This document shows, piece after piece, positions 22,571-35,097 of a stretch of 64,000 bases of DNA. A model generated the notes under the pieces. That model had not been told where the DNA came from. It ran no database searches and was given only the letters and a program-made list of their open reading frames with translations. The DNA lies in contig SMSO01000037.1 in NCBI GenBank assembly GCA_004764695.1, positions 720,747 to 784,746 on the forward strand, given 5' to 3'. Every line of letters starts with the position of its first letter. Within the stretch, counting starts at the first letter, position 1. This DNA is from Schizochytrium sp. TIO01 (Eukaryota; Protista; Bigyra: Labyrinthulomycetes). Made by a program: the position numbers and the translations under genes.

Positions 22571-24527
22571 CAAGTTGTCTTGGAGAACAAAACGAGAAAA
22601 TTGGTAAATCGATTTCGGCGTAAAAGTCTAAAGCAATTTAATGTTACGTCTGTTTTTCTTTTCTTTTCGTAAATGTTTTCTTTCATTTCATCGAAATAAA
22701 TTATAATCAAAATTATAAAAAAGGAGCCAACTTGAAGTTCGCAAACATAGATACAAAAGTTTCAAGAATGTAAATGCGTGTCAACTATAGATAGCCCAAA
22801 ACATTGCTTATTCATTGCACTGTAGCGCTTTCTTGAACCGAATATGCGGCCGCCAAAGCGCAGACAAGTGCAAGCAATCAATCTCCCTGGTCAGAAAGTA
22901 CAAGCCCTTCCAGTCCCTGGGAAACCCAAACCCAAACACCCTCCATCCGCTGAGACCAGGGAGGGCCTGGGGTTTCTAAAGCTAGGTGGCTCGACTTCAG
23001 AGCTCCGCCTGATTTGCTCGACGTCGCGTCTCAACTCCTGCGATTTGGGTCTAGCTAGGCTCACCGGAATGGCTTATTTATTTCGCACGCGCCGATTCAC
23101 TGTAAGCCCAAGTTGAACTTAAAGATTCTGCGCACGTGCAGAATGGGCGCAGCCTGCTTGGAGTTGCTGGAATTGCTCGATTGCTCTGCCATGCTGCCCC
23201 GTTTCGACGAGGGGGATCTTTGATCGCTGCAGTGAGCGGTCCATGGAAGCGCGAGCAACAATCCGGGATGACTGACCGCCGCGATCGATCGCCTGAACTT
23301 TGACGGGACGATTCCTACTGATATGAGCCGGCGCAATACCGTTTCCACGCAAGGCTTGACTCGACTCGACTCGACTCAACTCGTCTTTGAGTTATGGCCA
23401 GACATTCGCACGTGCCGCAAACGAATGCCAAACTTTCGCAGCAATTTCAAGCTCACTTTGGGCGCGGCGACGGCAAGCAATTCCTTGAACGCAAGCTCGA
23501 GCTGGTTGGGGTCTCAAGCGCCATTCTCTGCGAGTTTGCATGGAGGGTATTTATTTTCGAGAAGTGCTCCAGTTACCCGGCAAAGCGAAGGAACGGAAAG
23601 CAAGACACATGTTAGGAAGGGAAAACGTCGCACACTTATTGCAGTACGCATTTGAGTTGCTTGCAGTCGCCAAGGCAGTCGGAGTCCGTCCTACTCGTCG
23701 AGCATCATGCATTCCCGAGGGCTGCAATTCAGGCTGCCTCAACTTAAGACTGACTGAGTCCTACTCTGAAGCACGAAGGGATGCAGATGTATCCCAGACT
23801 GCCTTGCCTCGATAGTATACTTACTGACTCCCTGGAAAACCCGGAAAGCTCTTCACAGGTCTTGTCTGAAGGCTGTGAGAGAAGTGAAAACCTGGAAAAT
23901 GTCAAGCGTTAGCGTTGCAGAGTTATTCAAGATGGCGAATCTACCCGCAAATTGCGCTTAACGCTATCCAACGTCTCGATTTCGCCTAAAATCATTTGTT
24001 CGGTGGCATGATTTGGCGAAAACGACGACTTTGCTACTACGAGGAACCTGCTCACTACTTTTGTCCTTCTTTTGTTAAAACAAGATGTCGAAAGGGAAGA
24101 CTTCCTAAGATAGCACTCTCTGATTGTAATCATAACTGAATAGACAACGCCTACATGGAGCTTGAAGAGCCCAGCAGCCACCCTGACCAGAATGGCTAAT
24201 TCTATCAGGTCAGGCCTTCTTTGGCGTGGCTTGAACCTTGAGATCAGCAGCAAAGCAATCGCGGACCGGCCCCACCCTTCTCTGTTCCTTCTTGCTTGCT
24301 GCTCCCGGGCCTTTATAATTCATTCAAAAAAACGAAAAAAACGAAAAGAAAAAAAAAGCGCCGTAAATGCAAGTGCTGCTTGAGCACTGTAAATTGCACG
24401 CGCCAGAGAAAGTTGAAGGCTAAGCAAAGAGAAAGCTCAATGATAAAACATGTCACATGACCTCTGATTTCAGTCGATTGATCAGCCGTTTACACGCTGC
24501 TCTGGGGCAAAGCTCAGAGTCGAGGAA

Positions 24528-24885
24528 CTCTGTTTTTCAAAGTTTGGAACGTTTGCGATCAAGATCCAAAGGACTTCAGCTTGCTTCGAATCTGTCAAGA
24601 CCGCCGACAAACTAACTTGAAGTTTTAACGCTTTGGTCATTTGCATGACACGACACGCGGGGAAATGAAATGCAGCTAGACCTTGATCTGGAGACTAAAC
24701 GTTCGCTCTCTGTTTCTCAAAGCTGGGGGCGATTACGATGAAGACCCAAAGGACTTCAGCTTGCTTCGAATCTGTCAAGACCGCCGACAAACTAACTTGA
24801 AGATTTAACGCTTTGGTCAATTGCAAAACACGACACGCGGAAAATGAGCCGCATCTAGACCTGGATCTGGAGACTAAACGTTTGC
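24528..24885. repeat. Imperfect tandem duplication, 180-bp period, 2 copies
   Basis: aagatccaaaggacttcagcttgcttcgaatctgtcaagaccgccgacaaactaacttgaag at 24561 recurs almost identically at 24741, and the similarity extends on both sides. Confidence 0.92.
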
Positions 24886-27560
24886 GCTGCTTTTCGCATC
24901 GCAGGCCCGCTCTAGCTAGACCATCATGGGCATCAGCATCACCCTCCGAGCCATGACGAACTTCTTTGTTAATTTCATCATGGTATTTTTAAAAGCTGTC
25001 TAGGTCTCCTCGTCTGTGTTAGTGCTTGCATACTTAGCCAGTTTATAAGATTAAATAAAGTCTTTTCTTCTTCTTCTTTGCTTTACGAAATTGGCATAAC
25101 TTTGGAGATACTAGAACTAGGTACTATAGTAGTAGCAGTAGTAGGTACTACCTGCCCAGTAGAACCATCTTTCGGGTGTTTAGGTGATCGTAATAGATTG
25201 GACAGAACTCTGTGACCCTATGGAGGGAAACACCTACATAAAGGGTGATTCTTGAGTTAAGAGTTGACGTAATCGTAGTACTACGTACGTCCTGTGGACC
25301 TGTGCACTCAACATATAGTAATGCTAGAAAGTTGTTCAGGTTACAACGGCACAGTAGTCCCCCCCCACCTACATACAGTTATTTATTTCTCTTTCTTTAT
25401 TAAAAAATGAAATAAACAAATAAAATCGCAAGAATAATATTAATGTTATTAGGTGATGCTCTAGTCAGTTGCGTGTTCTAAGTCAAGACTGATACGAAGA
25501 GCGGTGTTGAAACTATCTGTGACTGAGCATCGCTGACTGAGTAGAGCTAATGGGGGGAACACCGAACGGCCTTGCTCAATATGTTCTGGAGTTTCGTACT
25601 ACCTTAGTATGCAGTACGAGATGTTTGAAGATAGTAAGTCAGAAGTGTTTTCATGAAATTTGCGATCTGACCCCCTTTGACGAAATTGCGGGGCTTAGCA
25701 CATACTGCTTGAAGCAAGTTATTTTATTTGCTTATCATGCGCGTATCCCTGAATTTCAACTCGATAGCATGAGTAGCATGAGCAGGTGAAGTACGCCTGG
25801 GCATAGATTAAGATTAGGGTTTAATTTTTAAAGATGAGGAAACAATCAGTCCCTAGAATGAGGTCGAATTTATTGCTTCAAAGACAAATAACCTCAAGTT
25901 GTGGAAGAGCTTGAAGCTCGAACTTCCCAGTCTCATTGTATAGTGTTGGTGCATGAATGTTTCTGGGAATAACTTCCTTCTCCTGACCACACCTCTCCAA
26001 AATCGGGAAGAAGGCCGATATTGTTCCTGACCAAATAAAGCTCTGAAGAGATATTGCAACTAAGTCAACCCAGCCATTAATGCTCGAGCGCCCATATTTA
26101 TTTTGCGCCCACGTAAAGCGTAGCAGGGCTTAGTCTTCTGCCTTTGTACGAGCGCACTTGGAATAACTTTTTATAGATTTATAAATGCTCGGTTGCTGCT
26201 CTTAATGCACGTCGTGGTATCCGTTAACAAGTTCTTCACGAAGGTATCTAGATTTCCTTACAAACTTGTGTGAAGAGCCCGAGCAACTCTTGATCTTTCT
26301 TCTAGAGCGCGCCGTGTACTGTTAATAAGGTCCAGCTAGACGATTCGATACTCTATAAATCGGATCATGCCAACACCAGCATTCGCTCGCACATAAATAA
26401 CGATGAAGGTTATGTTGTTACAGTTGTACTTCCCGGCACTGCTCCTGCAGGACCTATTGCAAACTTTCTTGCTCCGTATGGAATTTTGAAAGTCTGGATT
26501 CTCCTATGTGCAAACAGGGGGCTCGGACGCTAAACCAGCTTCCCAGGCTAGGGACAATTGTTCAGGTCGGCCCTGGCACAGCATCGCATGCTACTCTACG
26601 AAGAAGCAAAACATTAAACGGATATATTTTAAAACACACAAGAGATTGAACGAAACCGTGTACCCCTGAAAGGGCGGCTATACAAGGGTGCATGACATGC
26701 TGTGATTCGCTCGTACGTTGCTCTTCGATATCATCGCTTCTTTTCATGGGAGCAGCAACACCTCATCCATTTTCACAGCATGCAGAGCCCCTGCAACCGT
26801 TTTTACGTCTCTGTTTTCCATCTAATTCAAGAGAAATCAAGTTTTTAAATTCCTCTTTTATTACGGGAAGCTCATTCGTACTTCCCCCCTTGATGCTCAA
26901 GTTTCTGTAGGCACATTGATGCCTGGATTGCAGTGTGGATGAAGGATTGATGTTAGATTCATTGCCCATTGACCAAATATGGTGAAAAAACAGGAAACAG
27001 GAAAAAGAATGAGATATGCATTCAGATTGCGTTGCCAATAGAAAACAGCAGCTCAATGTGTGAAAATTCAAGTTTAAAAAAATAAACCCAACAGCAGAGA
27101 TAAGAGAGTTCGTTGTTTCTTACCCAAAGCTAGAAACTTTCGATAGGCTTGCGTTCGTATTTCTAGCTAGAGCGGTATTGTCTCTTTTTTGCTTTTTTAA
27201 TTTTTTTATTTTCTGGGGCTGCTTCAATCAACCAACTGTTTTCCTTACAGAAATTGCGCAAAATGCTAACTGTCAAGTACGCGAGGAGAACTTTCTGTAG
27301 ATTTGATACTAGTTATAGTAGTAGGTCACCACCCAACAGAATTCAGAAAACCAAAACACAGAATTGCAATGTTTCATGCAAAACCAGAATGCAAGCATAT
27401 CAACAAAAATAGTTGTAGTCTTTGCAGCTTTGCATTTCTCTAAAGGAAAAGAGAGACGATATACGAATACCAAAGCACAGCAAAAAGTTATGGCGTATGA
27501 AGATTAGGTATTGTATTTAGAAAGAAAAGAAAAGAAGACAAAAGCACTTGAATTTGTCAA

Positions 27561-28742
27561 ATGAGCAACGTGAGTAGTACTCTACTCTGCATCAACAGCT
27601 GTGGTCGCCATGGTACTTGCATCGATGATGCTTGCGTCTGCGATAGGTTTTGGACAGGAAAAGCAGATATGTTGTCATACGATGGGTATGACTGTACAAA
27701 CCTCGTGATTCTCGAGTCTTTCATATGGAGTATTGCGTTAGCTTCAATATTAAAACTTGTCTGGACTCATATACGAGCTTTTCGGGTTCAGCTTGCAGCA
27801 TATCGACGTGCAAAATCCAAGGTTGCAAGGAGGGGCCAAACACTTTACATGTGGCAGTTTACCCCGCTACGTCTGCTTGTTGCAGGCTTTTGCGCTATTC
27901 CAATCATGCTCACAGTGATCATTCCAAAAGCATTTTTATTAGAAGATCGTGAGCTAGGTCGCACGTGGAAGACAAGCGCAGCGTTCATAATTACAGTTCC
28001 ATTTGGTTTTATTGGAAATTTCATTGCGGAGATGTATTCGTTTGATACGCTTGCAAAAGGTTTACACAGCTCTCATCCGGAGCAAGCAGTTAAACTCCGT
28101 CGTCAGATTCTTTTTCAAAGTTCATTTGCAATAGGATCTTATGCATGCATAACAGCTGTCGCAGTAATATACGGCTGTACCCATACAATAACACACCCAA
28201 ACAAATCAGTCATGCGTTATATGCTTATTTTGCGAAATGGTGGCCTTATCTTGTATATGCAAGCAACGGGACTGATTGCCAGAGCCGCATCTAAGAATGC
28301 CAGAGCTCTGCTTCAAGGCTTATCAAATAGCGTACAAAGTGCCGAAACAATTAGAGCTCAAAATTTTTTGCGTCATTTTGAAGCTTTGAGTGCTGAGAAG
28401 ATAAAACTAGCAAAAGTTACGCTTGTACTTTACATTGTATTTTCGTTGCCGTGGCTCTGGCCATATCAAACATATCCTATTGCTCTGGTTTTTATTAAAA
28501 CCGGAGGCAAAGCTCATTTTGCGAACAGTTTTGCTGCTCCACGCCAGAAAAAGAATGGCAGTGTAAAGTATCAGAATGGTAACTCAGTTGCACCTTCATC
28601 TTCGAATGGTTCCGTCATTTCCATTAAGCAACCAGGAACTGACGCAGCATCTGTTGGGCCATCACACGACCCTGTCAAAACTTCTACTCTTGATCTCGAG
28701 AATCAAGGGAAGACTACCTCCATAGTTGGGGTTGAATCATAG
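27561..28742 (+). CDS. EGF-like + 7TM GPCR-like membrane protein, paralog 1 (393 aa)
   Basis: CINSCGRHGTCIDDACVCDRFWTG...YDGYDC, seven hydrophobic segments, FSLPWLWPYQT and a Ser-rich tail. Homologous to the three neighbouring genes. Confidence 0.85.
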   Translation: MSNVSSTLLCINSCGRHGTCIDDACVCDRFWTGKADMLSYDGYDCTNLVILESFIWSIALASILKLVWTHIRAFRVQLAAYRRAKSKVARRGQTLYMWQFTPLRLLVAGFCAIPIMLTVIIPKAFLLEDRELGRTWKTSAAFIITVPFGFIGNFIAEMYSFDTLAKGLHSSHPEQAVKLRRQILFQSSFAIGSYACITAVAVIYGCTHTITHPNKSVMRYMLILRNGGLILYMQATGLIARAASKNARALLQGLSNSVQSAETIRAQNFLRHFEALSAEKIKLAKVTLVLYIVFSLPWLWPYQTYPIALVFIKTGGKAHFANSFAAPRQKKNGSVKYQNGNSVAPSSSNGSVISIKQPGTDAASVGPSHDPVKTSTLDLENQGKTTSIVGVES

Positions 28743-29272
28743 TAGGAAAGTTAGCAAAGTTAAGACGCACGAGCATCAAATTAGTCTTTTAGGAGAAGCT
28801 TGAAAACTGAATATTATGGTTCGCTGAAGAGATAGCTTTCTCTGGAGGCTTTCTTTAGCTGTGTAGTGCGACTACACTCAAGTGCACCGTGCCTTGGATT
28901 GACACTGTCGCTGAAATAGACGTTAACTATTTTCCTTTCATATAGTAAAAAACAAGCATGTGATGACTAGCGAAATGAAGATAAACTTTTTTTTGTAGTA
29001 TCATTCCCCATAAATGCGCCACTTATCATTTAATTCTTGCTTTTGCTTGTAGTTGATTAGTAAATTTCTTGTACTGTTTATTAGAATTAACTCCCCAAGA
29101 TATGTTTCAGGCTACTATAAAATACAGCCTAGTCAAAGGATTAGTGGGCGTATGTTTAAGATAATACTTGAAGAACCTAAATCTATAATGTGCAAAAGAG
29201 AAGATTTTCACAGAATTTGTCTCTTGCTCCTGTAAATGCTGAAATCTGACAATATACTCGAAAAGAATGTGT

Positions 29273-30466
29273 TCATGGACATTGGCTGTGCTGAGATAAA
29301 TATTCGCTAGTATTTTGCAGTATAGAATTATTGGTGGTTTCAGCAATTACAAATGATTGTTCGCTAATCTGCGTTCTGTCATTCATGCTGCTTTCCTTGA
29401 TTGAGGAGAAGTGAAGACTATGTGGAAAACGTAATACAGACGCCAAAGGCGATACTGAGGGTAGTTTGGATGATCTCTTGCTGACCTTTTCCTGGGAGGC
29501 AAGAAACTGATTAATATAAAAGAATTTGGAAGTCAATAATAGAATTGCCAAGAAGGCCATTTGGATAGTTTGATATGGCCAGAGCCATGGCAAACTAAAC
29601 ACGATGAAAGAAATGGATACGCTAATTCCGGCACGAACTTTTTCTTTTGAAGAAGTCTCCAAATGTTCTAAAAGCGCAGCAATTTTTTTTGACGCGGGTG
29701 ATGTTCCTAGATCAGAGCTACCGCCTCGTAGACGCTTCACTTTACGAGCTACCTGCAGGGCAATTACGCCATGTGACATGAAGTATAAAACAACGCCTAG
29801 ATTTTTAAACACCAGCAAATATCTCATAGCCGACTTTTGAGGATTTGTAAGGTTCGCTTGAAAAAAGCATCCATATATCAATATAGGAAGCAGGATAATA
29901 GCATACATAATGTTTGCGAAACTTGTCTCCAGTATTAATGCTCGCCGCAAGCTTGCCGTGCTATGTTTTTGAGGGCCGAAGTCCAGTCCGGAAGATAACA
30001 CGTCAAAAGCTAAAAGCTCGGATTTGGAATTCCCGGCAAAATTTGCAGTACTGTATATCAAAAATGCTATTGACACGCCTATATCATAGCCAATTACTCG
30101 ACTTTCCATGTCAAAAACATGAAATATAGCAATCACGATTATAGAGCACAGTTGGAATTGTGAAATGAGGGAAAGCTGCAGGAATGGCGCGTCGCGATAT
30201 CGTAGTTTCTTTCCTTTTTTCGCAGCCCGATTTCTTTCATGTCGTAGTCGCGGAAGGTGTTTCACCATGACATATATGATTCGAAGCTGTGGTCTAAAAC
30301 CCACGAGCAGCACCACCGCCCACAATACACGCTCGAACGGCACATAAGTTACGCAATCAAAACCATCATAATTCAGAAAGTCTGTTTTCCCAGACCAGTG
30401 TTTGTCACAGACACAAGAATTGTCCATGCATTGCCCATGTGTGCCACAATCTTCGATGCAGACCAT
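29273..30466 (-). CDS. EGF-like + 7TM GPCR-like membrane protein, paralog 2 (397 aa)
   Basis: CIEDCGTHGQCMDNSCVCDKHWSG...YDGFDC, seven hydrophobic segments and FSLPWLWPYQT. Confidence 0.85.
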   Translation of the reverse strand: MVCIEDCGTHGQCMDNSCVCDKHWSGKTDFLNYDGFDCVTYVPFERVLWAVVLLVGFRPQLRIIYVMVKHLPRLRHERNRAAKKGKKLRYRDAPFLQLSLISQFQLCSIIVIAIFHVFDMESRVIGYDIGVSIAFLIYSTANFAGNSKSELLAFDVLSSGLDFGPQKHSTASLRRALILETSFANIMYAIILLPILIYGCFFQANLTNPQKSAMRYLLVFKNLGVVLYFMSHGVIALQVARKVKRLRGGSSDLGTSPASKKIAALLEHLETSSKEKVRAGISVSISFIVFSLPWLWPYQTIQMAFLAILLLTSKFFYINQFLASQEKVSKRSSKLPSVSPLASVLRFPHSLHFSSIKESSMNDRTQISEQSFVIAETTNNSILQNTSEYLSQHSQCP

Positions 30467-32218
30467 TCTGCGTCTCTAACTATAGCGAACTAAGTCGTGC
30501 GGGCCATCAATCCATTGATCTTAATCACGAATTTCCCTCTCAAAATTGTTTGATGTTTGCTGTACTTGCCCTAGTGAGTATTTGACCAAACCATGCTACT
30601 CCTCTCAGCTACGCAATATTATAGCCAACTCCAATCGCGTCCCCTCGCCATAGGGACTTCATTTCTAGTCGTGTTGCTTTCTATTTCTTTCATAATCAGA
30701 AAAGAATAATCGTTACCACAATTCGCAGTGTAGAACTCAAATTATCGAAACAGTTCATTTTTTTTTTTTTTTACGAATTGATAAAAGAAGGTATACCGTA
30801 GTCAAAGTCCTAGCTCCTTCTAAGCAGGCTCTGTCTTCCTTATGCATCAAAGTTGAAAATAGCATTCTGACGCTGTAGAAAAAAACAAACAAAAAAAAAC
30901 GATACGTAGCCAAGGACGCTCAGATCAACAAGCAGAGTTTGCCTGGCAGATATTTAAATCAGTGCAAAACCTTCTGGTTTTCTTATGGTCTCGCCTAATG
31001 AGTTTGTGATCTTTCTAGATTGAGTACAAAACGGACAAGATCTCGAAGCAGACGGGTAATCCGAGTGGGGTTCTGTATATTTATTAGATCCGTTTGCTTG
31101 TAAACCTAAACATTGAACCCTGATTATCTACTAGTATTTACTATAGCTATGAGTCCACACACCCATTACTTCTCATGGACGAATTGACACCAGAAGTAAA
31201 GTCCGAGCAGCGGGACAACATTGGATACTCGATTTGTCAAGTTGCTGCTCGTTGGCAAACGTAGTAGCTAGTGCCTACCTACTCGTATTAAGATCTATGG
31301 ATCACCTTAATCCGCTTAATAAAATTTGGTTCGATAAGTTGGCATTTTAACTGTTTCGTTGTTGCATATCTTCCAGCAAAGTCAACAGAATATCACTTCG
31401 ATCGGGAAAAGATGGCCAAACAGGGTCCAAGCTTTGTCCCAACCACCAAAAAAATGCAGGGAAGGGGGCGCCTTCACAGGTATCTTACTAACATCTATGA
31501 TATGAGTAAGTTCTAAGTCAGAAAGTATATATTTAAAACGGCATAGATTGCTATGCATAGCTTGAAATAACAACAACCGTACTTTGGTCAAACATATGGA
31601 AGACACCGAAGATTTATATGGTAGATATGATTTTAGTTACATTATTCTCAGAATTGCACAAAAGCCAATGTTTTCATTTTAATGAGAGAATGAACATTTC
31701 ATATTTTTTTTAATTGTTTTGATCATTTCTCACATCGACTGCTCGCACGTCTCTCAGGCGCACGTTGAAACGACCATTTGCTATCAGCTTCAGGAAGAAG
31801 TGGTATGTAAGGTCCTTGAGGTACAGTAATAAGAAAATGCCTACTGCGGACAGATACCATGTTATTCTCTTTCATTATCACAATGTGGACTTGCTACACG
31901 GCCAGTATACATCTATGTTTAGAAACAACAGTCAAATAAACAAACAACATCGCAAAGGAACAGTTAATTCACCCAATAATCGAGTAGTCTAATTCCTCAT
32001 ATCAGAAAATACAATCATGATCACAACATAAATAAACACCTGGACACTGTCCTTGCATCGACTGCGTGGCATCTTCTAAGCCGTTTTAACATCATCATGC
32101 AAGTTTGCTTGTTTGCTCTAATTGTGATCTGACTAAATACAAGTTTAGTCACTGTTAATGTATGGGTGTATGATAGTATATGGTATGGACAAATTTTATA
32201 AGCAACACGCGTATTTTG

Positions 32219-33853
32219 CTACTCGTCATCTAGCGTGGGGACTGACGAAGCTTTACCGCTGATCGCTGTATCCGTCATACCTCGAAGGAGCTGCGGAACG
32301 TTGGGCTCGAAGCGATGAAAAAAACGCAAACTTCTTGCTTTGGCGTGTAATAACCCATGCGTTTTATCAGCATCTTTGTGGATTTTAAGTTGTGAACTTG
32401 TGCCAACTGAGGCGCTTTCAGAATGCTGTTCGGATATGGCATCTATTGGGTCATGCTCTTCATTATTAGGCATAATTTCAGCCGTATCAAAAAAACTATT
32501 AGATTTCATGCTCGCATCGGAAAGAAACTGGCCTTGCATATAATTGATGTCATCCCGACTTGATTGCAAGTTTCCATGCAACACGTTGAATTTCGCCGAA
32601 AGTATACTGTCGTGAATTGTTATATGAGATTTGCCAGAGTTATGTTCGCTTAGCCAGTATGCACTTCTCGTGCTGCGGTCTAAAGTAGAGAAGCGTGGAG
32701 CATCAGACAATCTGGAAGGCAAAGCGGCAGCAGTTGCCTGGTCTCCATAATTTGACGATTGGCTTGATAAATCTGTCTTGGTAGGAATTTCTTCACTTTG
32801 CTGCCCTAAAACTTTCACAAGAGATATTGCAGGTAATGAAGAAAAAGCAGAAATTCTTGAAGTCTTGACCGTGGTTGAATCTGGTACCATAAACTGAAAT
32901 ATAAAATGCAACTTCGACGAAAAAATCTTAGTTACAGCAACGCTTACCAAGACAGTTTGGTAAGGCCATAACCAAGGTAAGGAGAAGATACTGTACAGAA
33001 TGAACGTAATGAGAGCAGTCTTTTTTTTCTCTTGGACAATTGTAGAAAGCCTGTCAAGAAATAGCTCAATCTGAACGGACGAGCCTTGAGAAGATTGAGT
33101 TTGCTGCAATTCATTTTGGAAAGCTTTAATTCGCTTTGAGGTAGCAATACTTTCTGCCAGATTTATAAACATATAGAGCTGGACACCGAAATTTTTCATA
33201 GGTATTGAAATTGCCACAAATGAATTGTTTGGGTTTGTATTCTCGGGAGCGTATGCAATACCGGCTATCAAAGAGACAGATGTCAAGACAAAGTAAATAA
33301 GCACGGATCCTCCAGTTGTTAAAATCATTTTCCACCGAATTTGATTTTTTGATTTTGATTTACCTGCTAGTTCTTCACCTCTGAATAAAGCATCAAAGCT
33401 GAGTACCTCTGCCCACATATTTCCTATAAAGCCAGCTAAACTTGAAATTAAAAAACAAATAGAAACAACAATGCCGCTGCCAATAAGAGAGTCGTCACTT
33501 TGAGCAAGTTTTTTTACAGCGACAACCATCATCGTGAGGGGTGAAATCTGAGCTATTATTCCAAGCTGAACAAATGGGTTCGAACGATAGTGAAGTTTCT
33601 TATGTTGCCTGGCAGCTGCTCGTTTTCGCCGCCAAAACTTAGGAAGCTGTATTGAGGCTGCACAGAAGATCCTGTACTGGAGCAGAATATTTGCAGCTAG
33701 TACAATTGCCCACAATGAAATGTTCAATGGTATGAAGTTGTCACAGCTCCATCCCTCATAGTTAATAAAGTCTGAGCGTCCAGACCATAACTCATCGCAA
33801 ACGCAACTCCCATCAATGCATGTGCCATGTTGGCTGCAGCTAATAAGGCACAT
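32219..33853 (-). CDS. EGF-like + 7TM GPCR-like membrane protein, paralog 3 (544 aa, long C-tail)
   Basis: CLISCSQHGTCIDGSCVCDELWSG...YEGWSC, seven hydrophobic segments, FSLPWLWPYQT and a ~220-aa Ser-rich tail. Confidence 0.85.
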   Translation of the reverse strand: MCLISCSQHGTCIDGSCVCDELWSGRSDFINYEGWSCDNFIPLNISLWAIVLAANILLQYRIFCAASIQLPKFWRRKRAAARQHKKLHYRSNPFVQLGIIAQISPLTMMVVAVKKLAQSDDSLIGSGIVVSICFLISSLAGFIGNMWAEVLSFDALFRGEELAGKSKSKNQIRWKMILTTGGSVLIYFVLTSVSLIAGIAYAPENTNPNNSFVAISIPMKNFGVQLYMFINLAESIATSKRIKAFQNELQQTQSSQGSSVQIELFLDRLSTIVQEKKKTALITFILYSIFSLPWLWPYQTVLVSVAVTKIFSSKLHFIFQFMVPDSTTVKTSRISAFSSLPAISLVKVLGQQSEEIPTKTDLSSQSSNYGDQATAAALPSRLSDAPRFSTLDRSTRSAYWLSEHNSGKSHITIHDSILSAKFNVLHGNLQSSRDDINYMQGQFLSDASMKSNSFFDTAEIMPNNEEHDPIDAISEQHSESASVGTSSQLKIHKDADKTHGLLHAKARSLRFFHRFEPNVPQLLRGMTDTAISGKASSVPTLDDE

Positions 33854-35097
33854 CGCATTACCTAAACAGATGTGATCATTGATTTTGCTGCAATCGATCA
33901 GGTGTCAATAACAAAGTAGCTACTTTTACTTTTAAGTTTACAGGATGTACTCCTTGTATCTCATTCTCACAAGGTCACTTGGAACGTTGTTCCTCGATAC
34001 AAGGCCTTACGCACAATCATATACAAAGAGACCGTACGATTAATCAATATCACTCGTATACAATAAGAATATAGTATAAGCAGTTTATCTGTTATAAAAA
34101 GCAGAACTATGGGGCAAAACAAAATAATGTGAATGTGTTTCAACGGCTCTCACGTTGACAATCACAATGATGCCGAAGGACGAACATGCCCCCTCTCTCA
34201 ATATAGAACGGAGATGTGCAACCAGCTAGGGCAGAGAGAAACTTATATTGATCGTGTTTCTGGAAATAATTAAGGGAAGGTTCTGGATACAAGTTTGGAT
34301 ACAAGTTTGAGTTCAATGTTGTCTTCTTCAACTCTCGGAACAGAACAGAACCAGCCATATTTTGATTCTTACCGCTAAATTTCTACCCTATGGTATGAAA
34401 AGGAGAAGCTTTTCTTTGACTGACTGACTAGCAGACGAATTCGCCAGCTCTGAAAGTAATCAAGTGACCCACAAATATGAGTAATCAATTTTATCTATGC
34501 GTCGTCACGGTCACCTATACTTAGGGTTAGGCTGAAAATTGTCGTTAAATAGTTTTTAATGATTAATGTTTACATGTAAACATTGAGCATTATTTTTGTT
34601 ATCTCATACAAACCATCATGCCAAATAAACGAACAACCTTAGCGAGAACCTTCTAACACGCATAGCGGCCTAACTACGCACTTTAAGATTATCTCTCCGA
34701 TGTTGCAAGGCTTCTTATTTACATGCCTGATATTTCATCTTATTGTTTTTTGTTTTCGTTTTTGTTTTGTCACTTTTTCTTAGTCAATTAATTTTAAAAT
34801 AGTTTTTTTTTTTTTTTAAATTGGATTACTCACTCTCAAAGCCAGAGATAGTAGGAAGCAATATGCCGTGGCATGTATTTGCATTTGGAAGTATTAGCCC
34901 AACTTTTCCGAAATTGGGCCCTGTCGGTAGACTTGCCAAAACGAGCATGCCCTTGGTAATGCAAGCTGCCTGCTTATATCTTAATTATCTTAACTAAAAA
35001 GACCAATGTAGCAACAGTCCTCGTGCCCCTAACAACGTTGAATGGACAAGAGCATTCAGAGAATACACAAAGTTTAAGAGATTAGTTCCTAAATAAT

